Below, in pieces: positions 27,897 to 36,513 of a stretch of DNA of 47,651 bases (position 1 is the first letter of the stretch; every line of letters begins with the position of its first letter). Origin of the DNA: Pseudomonadota bacterium (GTDB lineage: Bacteria; Pseudomonadota; Gammaproteobacteria; Burkholderiales; JALYOK01). Made by a program: the position numbers and the translations under genes. The DNA lies in contig JANOGO010000312.1 in NCBI GenBank assembly GCA_031406045.1, positions 1 to 47,651 of the forward strand, read 5' to 3'. The notes under the pieces are model-generated. The model worked only from the letters and a program-made list of their open reading frames with translations, searched no databases and was not told where the DNA came from.

Positions 27897-28550
27897 CTAA
27901 CGCCGCTGACTTTTTTCATCCGTATGCTCAGCCATCGCTTGCATGCCCTTGAAAATCGACACGTGCGGAAAATTCGGAATGGTCTTGATGCGGTAAAGAT
28001 ACTCACCGACGAACAGCAATACCGCCAGGGGAATGCCGAGCACGTTAGCGAAAAACGACCAAACCGTTAGCGGCGCGAAAAAATAAAGCAGCAACGAGAT
28101 AGTGATAGTCGCCGCAAAATAAAACGTCCAAACCCACGTAACTTTAACCGTATATTCAGCGATTTCCTTTGGAAGCGAGCCATGTACGCGGCGCGCCAAA
28201 CTGGAAATTAACGGCTCCCGACCTTGGATCAAGCTGCTGCCAAACAAAATCATCAACAATGAATTGAACAACAAATGCTCGACAAAATACGACGCGGAAA
28301 AATCGATTAACTTCGCCGACCATGCCAAGCCCAACAACAGCGCGCCGACTGCGAGCATCAGCGCAATTCGCATCGGATGTTTTGTTTTGCGCATCAACCA
28401 CAGCACATAGGCGCCAATCGGCAACAGAGCAAGGCCGATTCCCGACGGGCCGGTTGCATTTTTCACGATGAAGAAATGCAACAAAAATGGATAAGCCACC
28501 ACGGCGGCCACGGTAACAACCTTAACCAGCCAGCCGGCGCTAACCGTCAT
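27897..28550 (-). CDS. Polytopic membrane protein of unknown function (cluster-associated)
   Basis: 217 aa with ~6 predicted TM helices and no recognisable motif. Only 5 nt separate it from the upstream ACP gene. Confidence 0.5.
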   Translation of the reverse strand: MTVSAGWLVKVVTVAAVVAYPFLLHFFIVKNATGPSGIGLALLPIGAYVLWLMRKTKHPMRIALMLAVGALLLGLAWSAKLIDFSASYFVEHLLFNSLLMILFGSSLIQGREPLISSLARRVHGSLPKEIAEYTVKVTWVWTFYFAATITISLLLYFFAPLTVWSFFANVLGIPLAVLLFVGEYLYRIKTIPNFPHVSIFKGMQAMAEHTDEKSQRR

Positions 28551-28555
28551 GCGGA

Positions 28556-28831
28556 TTACTTGGTTCGATTCGCTTCGATATGTTGATTGAGGCTGCGCAG
28601 CGAGGTGAAGATGCGGACATTGTCGCTATCGTCGGACTTGATTTGAAATCCATAGGTCTTGGAAACCGCTAACGCTAATTCGAGGATGTCGATCGAATCA
28701 AGCCCAAGCCCTTCTTTATAGAGCAGCGCCTCCGGCTCGATTTGCTCAGGCGCGACTTCTAAATTCAGCGTCGATACGATCAATGATGCCAGCGTTTGCT
28801 CTTGGCTGGTCAATGCTTGAATGTTGCTCAT
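28556..28831 (-). CDS. Acyl carrier protein (aryl-polyene ACP)
   Basis: 91 aa. 'GLGLDSIDILELALAVSKTYG' is a canonical attachment Ser. First gene of the minus-strand operon, divergent from the KS gene. Confidence 0.8.
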   Translation of the reverse strand: MSNIQALTSQEQTLASLIVSTLNLEVAPEQIEPEALLYKEGLGLDSIDILELALAVSKTYGFQIKSDDSDNVRIFTSLRSLNQHIEANRTK

Positions 28832-28919
28832 AATTCCGGCTAAAGTGCCTTGCAGTCGCGAGAATTGATATTATACGGGTAAGGTTTCAATCGCCAAAAC
28901 TCATGCAAGCATAAACCGT

Positions 28920-30113
28920 ATGCAACCACTGGTCATTCAATGTTATACCGCCGCTAACTGCGTCGGCATTGGCCGCAGCGCGTTGTACGACGCATTGCGC
29001 GAGCGTCGCTCGGGGCTGACCCATTGCGCATTTGAAACCGTCGACCTCGACACCTACGTCGGCCAAGTACCGGACGCCGAGCTCGCACCGCTGCGCGAGG
29101 ATCTCAACGATTTCGAATGCCGCAATAATCGCCTGGCGCAGTTGGGCATGCGGCAAGATGGCTTCGAGCAAGCGGTGGCGCGGCTGTGCGAGCGATATGG
29201 CGCTTCGCGCATCGGCGTGTTTATAGGCACCAGCACGGCGGGCATTTTGCAAACCGAGCTCGCTTATCGGCGGCGCGACCCCAACAGCGGCGCATTGCCC
29301 GCTGACTTTCGCTACGAACATACGCACAACACATTTTCGCCGGCGAGTTTTGTACAGCGTTATTTAGGTCTGACGGGTCCGGCCGTCGCGGTGTCATCGG
29401 CGTGCTCGTCGAGCGCAAAAGTATTCGGCAACGCGCAGCGCATGATCGCGGCGGGAGTATGCGATGCGGCAATTGTCGGCGGCGTCGATAGCTTGTGCTT
29501 GACCACGCTGTACGGTTTCAACTCACTGCAATTGGTGTCGAAAAATCCGTGCAAACCATTCGACGCCGAGCGCGACGGCATTTCCATCGGCGAGGCGGCA
29601 GGATTTGCATTGTTGGAAAAAGCCGATGGGCCAATCGGCAATGATCGGCTAGCGTTGCTCGGCGTCGGTGAAAGTTGCGATGCTTATCACATGTCGACGC
29701 CGCATCCGGAAGGGTTAGGCGCGCGCATGGCAATGCAGGGCGCGCTGACGCAATCGGGACTTGGCGTTGCGGACATCGACTACATCAACTTGCACGGTAC
29801 CGCGACGCGCAGCAATGATGCGACCGAAGCGTTGGCGGTGAACATGATTTTCGGCAATAGCGTTGCCGCCAGTTCCACCAAAGGTTGGACCGGCCACACG
29901 CTCGGCGCCGCGGGAATTATTGAAGCGATTATTTCGTTCATCGCCATCGAAGAAAATTTTATGCCCGGCAGTTTGCATACGAACACGATCGATCCCGGTG
30001 TGTCGATTCGATATTTGAAAGATAACCGGCAAGGGCAAGTTAAACGCGTGCTGAGCAACTCATTCGGCTTCGGCGGCACGAACTGCAGCCTTGTGGTTGG
30101 GCGCGTTTCATGA
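28920..30113 (+). CDS. Beta-ketoacyl-ACP synthase (KS, FabB/F-like)
   Basis: 397 aa. Active-site Cys in 'AVSSACSSSAKVF', with 'NLHGTATRSND' and 'GHTLGAAG' completing the Cys-His-His triad. Confidence 0.9.
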   Translation: MQPLVIQCYTAANCVGIGRSALYDALRERRSGLTHCAFETVDLDTYVGQVPDAELAPLREDLNDFECRNNRLAQLGMRQDGFEQAVARLCERYGASRIGVFIGTSTAGILQTELAYRRRDPNSGALPADFRYEHTHNTFSPASFVQRYLGLTGPAVAVSSACSSSAKVFGNAQRMIAAGVCDAAIVGGVDSLCLTTLYGFNSLQLVSKNPCKPFDAERDGISIGEAAGFALLEKADGPIGNDRLALLGVGESCDAYHMSTPHPEGLGARMAMQGALTQSGLGVADIDYINLHGTATRSNDATEALAVNMIFGNSVAASSTKGWTGHTLGAAGIIEAIISFIAIEENFMPGSLHTNTIDPGVSIRYLKDNRQGQVKRVLSNSFGFGGTNCSLVVGRVS

Positions 30114-30123
30114 ACCCTATGCA

Positions 30124-30220
30124 GGTCATCGCGAGCGAACGCGAAGCAATCTCGCGCGCAGCGCGCTTCGGCGGCTTCAAATCGAGATCGCCACGTCGCC
30201 CTTCAGGCGCCTCGCGATGA
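30124..30220. repeat. Palindromic intergenic repeat, GCGAAGCAATCTCG family, copy 2
   Basis: 'gtcatcgcgag' (30124-30134) pairs with 'ctcgcgatgac' (30210-30220), and the core 'cgaagcaatctcg' is at 30141-30153. Lies in the 337-nt KS-CLF spacer. Confidence 0.6.
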
Positions 30221-30450
30221 CAAGATTGGACGGCGTTCCCGGTCGCAATCCGCCATGCCATTTAGTGACCACGTTCCATGAACCGGATTTGACGGATGAT
30301 TGTTTTGAGGACGGCTTGCCCCTCATAGCCCAAGGCTACGCTACCGCACTTGGTCGCGCTCCACCGCAGACATTTAAGCGTCTATTTTCCAGTGTTATCC
30401 GATCTATGGTACTTGAGCAGTATCGGCAGCGCCGAATAAGGTAGTTCACA

Positions 30451-31248
30451 ATGATGCGTGTTTTTGTCGATGGCATTGGGCTGATCGCGCCGGGATTGAA
30501 CGGCTGGGCGGCAAGTGCGCCGATTCTCGCGGGGAGCACAAGCTACGCCGCCGAACCACTAACGATACCTGTGCTGGAAATTTTGCCGCCGGCCGAGCGG
30601 CGGCGCACACCGATGGTGGTGAAACTAGCGATCGCTGCCGGTTGCGAAGCGCTCGCGAATGCCAATCAACCCGCTGCCGAAACGGCATCGGTGTTCACAT
30701 CGTCTGGCGGCGATGGTGACGTGATTCATCAAATTTGCGATACGCTCACTCAGCCCGAGCGCGAAGTTTCGCCGACGCGTTTCCATAACTCGGTGCACAA
30801 CGCGCCCGCCGGCTATTGGGGCATCGCCACCGGCGCGCGCGAGCCATCGACGAGCTTGTGCGCATTCGACGCGAGCTTCGCCGCCGGGCTCATCGAAGCG
30901 GCGACGCAAGTCAGTGTCGACGGCCGCAAAGTATTGCTGGTCGCCTACGATGCGCCCTACCCTGAACCGATCAACGGCGTGCGTCGCATCGGCGCTGGGT
31001 TCGGCATCGCGATGTTGTTGTCGCCGCAGCAAACGGATCGAAGTTTGAGCGCGTTAGATATTTCGCTCACATCGAATGCGGCGCTCGTGACAAAATTAGC
31101 GCAACCGGAATTGGAAACTTTTCGCGCGAATGTGCCCGCTGCTCGCGCGCTGCCGCTTCTGACAAGCATCGCCAAGCGCGAATCCACAACCGTGATCACC
31201 GCTTATCTCGGCGAAAATTCTTTGCAAACGGTCGTCACACCATGCTAA
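30451..31248 (+). CDS. KS-like chain-length-factor subunit (beta-ketoacyl synthase N-terminal-like)
   Basis: 265 aa, truncated KS-like fold ('RRRTPMVVKLAIAAGCEAL', 'FHNSVHNAPAGYWGIA'). Lacks the His-His motifs. Position and size match the CLF partner in aryl-polyene clusters. Confidence 0.7.
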   Translation: MMRVFVDGIGLIAPGLNGWAASAPILAGSTSYAAEPLTIPVLEILPPAERRRTPMVVKLAIAAGCEALANANQPAAETASVFTSSGGDGDVIHQICDTLTQPEREVSPTRFHNSVHNAPAGYWGIATGAREPSTSLCAFDASFAAGLIEAATQVSVDGRKVLLVAYDAPYPEPINGVRRIGAGFGIAMLLSPQQTDRSLSALDISLTSNAALVTKLAQPELETFRANVPAARALPLLTSIAKRESTTVITAYLGENSLQTVVTPC

Positions 31249-31685
31249 TCGACAAAGCGGAAATTGAGCGGCGTATTCCCCACGCGGGGTCAATGAATTT
31301 ACTCGACGGCGTGATCGAATGGAATGCGGAAACGATCCGCTGCCGCGCGACGAGCCATCGCGATCCGGCCAATCCGCTACGTGTCGCCGGTAAACTTTAC
31401 GCCATCAGCGGAGTGGAATATGCCTCGCAAGCGATGGCGATCCACGGCGCATTGTCCGGCACGGTTGCCGGACGACCGCGCGCGGGCTACCTCGCCAGCT
31501 TGCGCGATGTGGTTTGCCATCGCGCGACGCTCGATGGCACGCACGACGAACTCACGGTCTATGCAGAATGTTTGATGGGCGATGACACCCGCATGATGTA
31601 TGCATTCACGGTCAGCGATGGCGCTGAAGAAATCATCACCGGCCGCGCCACCGTAGTGTTAGACATCAGCAATCTCATGACATGA
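31242..31685 (+). CDS. Hotdog-fold dehydratase (ApeI-like)
   Basis: 147 aa. 'IPHAGSMNLLDGVIEW' and 'GVEYASQAMAIHGAL'. Overlaps the CLF gene by 7 nt and the fabG-like gene by 4 nt. Confidence 0.65.
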   Translation: MLIDKAEIERRIPHAGSMNLLDGVIEWNAETIRCRATSHRDPANPLRVAGKLYAISGVEYASQAMAIHGALSGTVAGRPRAGYLASLRDVVCHRATLDGTHDELTVYAECLMGDDTRMMYAFTVSDGAEEIITGRATVVLDISNLMT

Positions 31686-32401
31686 AACGCGCGCTCATCA
31701 CAGGCGGCAGCGGCGCTCTGGGCGCGGCGATTGCGAAAACGCTAGCGGCGCACGGCATGGAAGTTTTGGTTCATGCCAATAGCAATATCGCCGGCGCCCA
31801 GGCCGTCGTCGCCGATATCAAAGCGCATGGCGGCGCTGCGAGCGCAATCGTGTTTGACGTGACCAACGCCGAACAATGCAAGCAAGTGTTGGAGCCGATT
31901 CTGGCCGAGGGCGCGATCCAAATCGTCGTCAACAATGCCGGCATTCACGATGACGCGGTCATGCCCGCTATGTCTGCGAAGCAATGGTCGCGCGTCATCG
32001 ACGTGTCACTGAACGGATTTTTCAACGTCACGCAACCACTGCTGATGCCGATGATCCGTACACGATGGGGCCGCATCATCAGCGTCTCGTCCATCGCCGC
32101 GCAAGTCGGCAATCACGGCCAAACTAACTACGCTGCCGCGAAAGCAGGCTTGCACGGCGCATCAAAATCCCTCGCGCTCGAACTCGCCAGCCGCGGCATC
32201 ACCGTCAACGTCGTCGCGCCGGGCATCATCGCATCCCCAATGGCAGACAACGTGTTCAGTAAAGACCTGATCGATCAAATGGTGCCGATGAAACGCGCCG
32301 GCCGGCCCGATGAAGTCGCAGCGTTGGTGAATTTTTTAGCGTCGGACCAAGCGGGCTATATTTCCGGGCAAGTGATTTCGATTAACGGCGGGATGGCATA
32401 G
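31682..32401 (+). CDS. fabG: 3-oxoacyl-ACP reductase (SDR)
   Basis: 239 aa. 'ITGGSGALGAAI', 'NNAGI' and 'YAAAKAG' (YxxxK), ending 'GQVISINGGM'. Confidence 0.9.
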   Translation: MKRALITGGSGALGAAIAKTLAAHGMEVLVHANSNIAGAQAVVADIKAHGGAASAIVFDVTNAEQCKQVLEPILAEGAIQIVVNNAGIHDDAVMPAMSAKQWSRVIDVSLNGFFNVTQPLLMPMIRTRWGRIISVSSIAAQVGNHGQTNYAAAKAGLHGASKSLALELASRGITVNVVAPGIIASPMADNVFSKDLIDQMVPMKRAGRPDEVAALVNFLASDQAGYISGQVISINGGMA

Positions 32402-32470
32402 CCAGGAGACGCGTCCTTATTGCCTCGTGGCGTGACATGCTCTATGAGCCAGTATCCATGCACCTCTTGG
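32401..32470. repeat. Quasi-palindromic repeat, GAAGARGCGCATGRATA family, copy D
   Basis: 'gccaggagacgcgtccttattgcctcgtggcgtgacatgct...' aligns base-by-base (about two thirds identical by eye) with copy A at 4299-4368. The reverse complement of its 3' end 'ccaagaggtgcatggatactggct' matches copy C. Confidence 0.55.
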
Positions 32471-32481
32471 CGATGCCTAAA

Positions 32482-33258
32482 TGTAGGCTGGGGTGAGGCA
32501 CGAACCCCAACACAACTGCCCACGCGACCCTGACACGCTATGCAATACCGTCGAGCAAATATCCCAGGCGCAACCTACTTCTTCACCGTAAATCTCGCGG
32601 ATAGGAAAGAATCTCTTCTTGTCGAAAACATCACCGGGTTAAAGGAATCAATCCGTACCGTTAACGCGGCCCACCCGTTCGAGATCGTAGCGTTCGTTGT
32701 GTTACCCGATCATCTGCACGCATTTTGGACATTGCCTCCAAACGACTCGGACTTCGCAACCCGTTGGGCGCTGATCAAAGCCGGCTTTTCTCGCCGTTTA
32801 CCAAGGAACGAGCGCATCTCAAAAAGCCGCCAATCCAAAGGCGAGCGCGGCATTTGGCAACGCAGGTTTTGGGAGCACGTGATCCGCGACGACAATGATT
32901 TGGCGCGCCATATCGATTACATTCATTACAATCCGGTGAAACACGGCTACGTCGACCGCGCTTCCGATTGGCCGCATTCAAGCATTCATCGCTTTATCTG
33001 TGAGGGTGTTGTCCCCTCGGATTGGGGAAGCAACGGAAATTCAATCGAAGGTGATTGGGGTGAACGCGGTTGATGTTGGGGTTCGTGCCTCACCCCAGCC
33101 TACATCTCCTTAATTTGGTAGGTTGGCGGTGAGGTACGAACCCCAACAAACCACATTTTTATCAACCACGGATATCGATTTCGGCGGCAACTTGTTTTTT
33201 GAACAGAGTTACATCCGCGGTCGTCGATGTTGGGGTTCGCTCCTCACCCGAACCTACC
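32482..33258. mobile_element. RAYT gene with flanking REP/REPIN sequences
   Basis: REP1 'tgtaggctggggtgaggcacgaaccccaaca' is at 32482-32513. Its inverted copy REP2 (33075-33104) starts one base after the RAYT stop. REP3 (33118-33148, direct) forms a REPIN hairpin with REP2. REP4 (33226-33258) is inverted. Confidence 0.85.
32540..33073 (+). CDS. REP-associated tyrosine transposase (RAYT, IS200/IS605 Y1 family)
   Basis: 177 aa. HUH motif 'VLPDHLHAFW' and catalytic Tyr motif 'DYIHYNPVKHGY', with 'GIWQRRFWEH'. Flanked by inverted REPs. Confidence 0.88.
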   Translation: MQYRRANIPGATYFFTVNLADRKESLLVENITGLKESIRTVNAAHPFEIVAFVVLPDHLHAFWTLPPNDSDFATRWALIKAGFSRRLPRNERISKSRQSKGERGIWQRRFWEHVIRDDNDLARHIDYIHYNPVKHGYVDRASDWPHSSIHRFICEGVVPSDWGSNGNSIEGDWGERG

Positions 33259-33327
33259 CGCTGACGCGCGCGATACGTCATCGCCCTGAGAATGTTAAAA
33301 TATTTCGAGATTAAAATTTGATGCGCT

Positions 33328-34941
33328 ATGACATCCACTAAACAACACGACATCGTTATTCTAGGCGGCGGCCTCGCGGGTTTGACGCTTTCGCTGCAAC
33401 TGAAACAACGCATGCCCGATCTTGACATTGCGGTTATCGAGCGGCGTCGCCATCCGGTTCCGGAAGCGGCGCACAAGGTCGGCGAATCGTCGGTGGAAAT
33501 CGGCGCGCATTATTTTGCGAATGTGCTTGGGCTTAAAGAATACCTGCAAAAACATCAGCTCAAAAAATTTGGTTTTCGATTTTTCTTTTCCGATGGCGAG
33601 CGCGACATCACGCGCGTGACGGAGTTGGGCGCGAGTACGTTTTTGTCGACGCCGGCTTATCAAATCGATCGCGGCTTATTTGAGAACGCGCTTGCCGGTT
33701 TTGCGCTGGAACGTGGTATTCGATTTATCGATGGCGCGATGGTGCGCAAATTTGCGTTGAGCGACGGTGATTCGCCACACAACTTAAGCTACGAAAAAGA
33801 CGGCGTCACCCAGGAGATCCAAGCGCGCTGGTTGCTGGACGCATCGGGCCGCGCCGGCATGATTAAGCGCCATCTCGATCTCGCCGAATTGAACGATCAC
33901 GATGCCAACGCGATTTGGTTTCGCATTTCCGAGCGCATCGACATCAACGATTGGTCGGATGATCGCGCTTGGCTGAATCGCTGCAACCCGCCCAATCGCT
34001 GGCTCTCGACCAATCATTTGATGGGCGAAGGCTATTGGGCTTGGTTGATTCCCCTGGCTTCGGGGTCCCATTCCGTCGGCATTGTCGCCGATGCGAAATT
34101 GCATCCGATCGACACGATGAACACGTTTGACAAGGCGATGACCTGGTTTGAAAAGCATCAGCCGCGACTGTTCGATGCGCTAGATAGTAAACGAGAAAAG
34201 TTACAAGATTTTGCTTTCTTCAAGCGTTTTTCCTACGGCTGCAAACAAGTCTTTTCCGGCAGGCAACGTTGGGCGCTCACCGGTGAAGCAGGCGTTTTTC
34301 TTGATCCGTTTTATTCGCCCGGCAGCGATTTCATCGCGATCGGTAATACCTTTATCACCGAGCTTGTCGCGCAAGACCGCGCCGGTGGGCCGGTAGAACT
34401 GTACGCCAACATTTATCAGCAAATTTATTTTTCGCTGTATCAAAACATGATGCCGCTTTACACCGGGCAGTACAAATTATTCGGCGATGCGGAAGTAATG
34501 CCGGTGAAAGTGATTTGGGATTACACCTATTACTGGGGTGTGATGTGTCAGTTGTTTTTCCAGAATCGGCTGACCGATGTCGTGGCGATGGGCCGTATGC
34601 AAAAGACCTTGGCGAATGTGCAGCAACTGAATATCGCGATGCAAAACTTTCTGCTCGAATGGCATGGCGTGAGCAAGCAACACAATCCGCCGCAAATGCT
34701 CGATCAATCGCGGCTGGATTGGTTTGCGGAAATGAATCGTGGTTTGACCGACTCGCTTGATGATGCGGGATTTAAGCAGCGCATGGATGAGATGCTCACA
34801 CAGCTTGATGTGCTGGCGAAAGAAATTGTCGTTCGCGCGACGATGGCTTATACAACACTGGACGGCAGCAAGGTGTTAGGGTTTACCGATCGCGAGGCGA
34901 GCGAACGCGCGCCGTCAATGTTGTTTGCGCAAGCGGCTTGA
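33328..34941 (+). CDS. Flavin-dependent halogenase
   Basis: 537 aa. FAD fold 'DIVILGGGLAGL', 'AAHKVGESS' (Lys/Glu region), the diagnostic 'GYWAWLIPL' (WxWxIP), and 'FLDPFYSPGSDF' (Fx.Px.Sx.G). Confidence 0.8.
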   Translation: MTSTKQHDIVILGGGLAGLTLSLQLKQRMPDLDIAVIERRRHPVPEAAHKVGESSVEIGAHYFANVLGLKEYLQKHQLKKFGFRFFFSDGERDITRVTELGASTFLSTPAYQIDRGLFENALAGFALERGIRFIDGAMVRKFALSDGDSPHNLSYEKDGVTQEIQARWLLDASGRAGMIKRHLDLAELNDHDANAIWFRISERIDINDWSDDRAWLNRCNPPNRWLSTNHLMGEGYWAWLIPLASGSHSVGIVADAKLHPIDTMNTFDKAMTWFEKHQPRLFDALDSKREKLQDFAFFKRFSYGCKQVFSGRQRWALTGEAGVFLDPFYSPGSDFIAIGNTFITELVAQDRAGGPVELYANIYQQIYFSLYQNMMPLYTGQYKLFGDAEVMPVKVIWDYTYYWGVMCQLFFQNRLTDVVAMGRMQKTLANVQQLNIAMQNFLLEWHGVSKQHNPPQMLDQSRLDWFAEMNRGLTDSLDDAGFKQRMDEMLTQLDVLAKEIVVRATMAYTTLDGSKVLGFTDREASERAPSMLFAQAA

Positions 34942-35697
34942 CGCTGTTCTTCGCAGCCAAAGCAGCCACGGCAACCGCACGATAAATCCGCAAAACAAAC
35001 GCGTGTGCATCCAGGTTAGCAGCGCATTGTCGCGCACGTAGTTGAAATGCGACACGCCGCCCTCGTCGGCATTAAAATATTTCACCGGCGCAGCGAGGTT
35101 AATCGGCGGAACGCCGCGCCAGACAAGGCGCACAGCGGCTTCAACATCGAAATCGAAGCGCCGCATCCACCGATTCGCCTGCATAATTTCGAGCAGCGGT
35201 TTGATCGGATACACGCGAAATCCAAACAGCGAATCGCCGATACCTTGCCAACAGGTTTCTAAATTCGCCCACCAGTTTGAAACCTTGCGGCCGCGCACGC
35301 GCAGGCTCGGCGCGCTGGTATCGAACTGCGGCAAACCGAGTATCAATGCGTTCGAATTAGCCATCGATTTCGCCATGAATTCGGCAATTTTTTCCGCCGG
35401 GTGCTGCCCGTCGGCATCCATCGTCAACGCGTGGGTGAAGTATTCTTTCGCGGCGATTTCTAACCCATGCAACACCGCCGCGCCCTTACCGCGATTCTCC
35501 GGCAATATGAAAACACGAAGGCCGGTATCTTCAGCAGCGATCGCCTGGAGTTGCTCCGCCGTGCCGTCGTTGCTGCCGTCGACAACCACCCAAACCGGCG
35601 CCCAATGGCTGCGCGCGTTGCGAACCGTTTCTAAGACTTTCGCGCCGGTGTTATAGCTCGGAATGATGACGACGTGCGTCGTCGAAGCAGCCATCAT
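34915..35697 (-). CDS. Family 2 glycosyltransferase
   Basis: 260 aa. 'VVIIPSYNTGAKV', 'VVVDGSNDGT' and 'LTMDADGQH' (DxD). 4-nt overlap with the upstream acyltransferase gene. Confidence 0.85.
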   Translation of the reverse strand: MMAASTTHVVIIPSYNTGAKVLETVRNARSHWAPVWVVVDGSNDGTAEQLQAIAAEDTGLRVFILPENRGKGAAVLHGLEIAAKEYFTHALTMDADGQHPAEKIAEFMAKSMANSNALILGLPQFDTSAPSLRVRGRKVSNWWANLETCWQGIGDSLFGFRVYPIKPLLEIMQANRWMRRFDFDVEAAVRLVWRGVPPINLAAPVKYFNADEGGVSHFNYVRDNALLTWMHTRLFCGFIVRLPWLLWLRRTASSRLRKQH

Positions 35698-36491
35698 TTT
35701 ACCGCTGGTAGTTCACTGCGAAAGTAGTCTTCGAGTTCGGCGACGAAGGTTTGCACGTCGCCATTTACCTCAAAGCGCTTGCCCAGACGCACCTGAAAAG
35801 TCACCGGCATGATGGGCTTTTTCGAAAATGGCCAACCTTTGCTCAGGCAGGGATTGTCGGTTTCGATAAATACGGTTTGTATCGGCACGCGCGCGCGTTT
35901 TGCAATCAACGCGAAGCCGCCCTTAAAATCGTTGATCGGTTTTTTCCGCGTGCGCGTGCCTTCGGGAAACACCAGCAATTGTTGGCCGCGCTGCAATTCG
36001 TCGGCGGCAAGACGAATCATATTGACCGGCGTGTCGTTGCGAATATAACCCGCCAGCCGCGAGCCGCCGCCGAGAAAAATATTGTCCCAAATCTCCGCCT
36101 TCATAATACAAACCACGCGCGGCAAGCGCGAAATGACTAACACCGCATCGAGCAGACCAGGATGGTTTGCCGCGATGATCAGTCCCGGCTCGTCGCGCAA
36201 CGTGTCGAGCGCGCCTAAGTCCGCTTTGAAGGTGCCGAGCTTGGTGACGAGCCATAAATAAATGCGGAACATTCGCGCCATCATCGCCCGGCCGAATCGT
36301 GCACCGGCTGCGCGCGGCAACAGCGGATAGAGAATCGCACTAGCCAGCGTAAACAAAATTCCGCCGCCGCCAAACAACACGAAGGCGCCATAAATTTGAA
36401 AATACTCGACCGGCAACATGAGCCAGCGTTTAATAATTCGAAGCGGACCGGGGACCATGCTTTTGGTCTGGTTAGGGACGCTGTTTTCCAT
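35694..36491 (-). CDS. 1-acyl-sn-glycerol-3-phosphate (PlsC-like) acyltransferase
   Basis: 'IIAANHPGLLDAVLV' (HX4D) and 'VFPEGTRT'. Start trimmed to ATG 36491 to remove a 68-nt overlap with the MipA gene. 36458 or 36581 are also possible. Confidence 0.78.
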   Translation of the reverse strand: MENSVPNQTKSMVPGPLRIIKRWLMLPVEYFQIYGAFVLFGGGGILFTLASAILYPLLPRAAGARFGRAMMARMFRIYLWLVTKLGTFKADLGALDTLRDEPGLIIAANHPGLLDAVLVISRLPRVVCIMKAEIWDNIFLGGGSRLAGYIRNDTPVNMIRLAADELQRGQQLLVFPEGTRTRKKPINDFKGGFALIAKRARVPIQTVFIETDNPCLSKGWPFSKKPIMPVTFQVRLGKRFEVNGDVQTFVAELEDYFRSELPAVK

Positions 36492-36513
36492 GGTCGATCC
36501 GCTTACGGCTTCC

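Noticed and set aside
30091-30444. 117-aa ORF filling the KS-CLF spacer.
   Set aside because: It starts inside the KS gene and translates straight through the palindromic repeat (a '...HRERTRSNLARSALR...' type repeat translation). No RBS. Treated as non-coding, though a small real gene in 30250-30444 cannot be strictly excluded.
35042-35656. 204-aa plus-strand ORF. Also 35751-36140, 36700-37338, 9006-9665, 9950-10573, 46644-47210, 19782-20384, 20844-21494 and 14006-14482.
   Set aside because: All are antisense or out-of-frame shadows of confidently identified genes: GT2, PlsC-like, MipA, E2, priA, PfkB, DUF3047 and OafA-like. None has a recognisable motif or an RBS.
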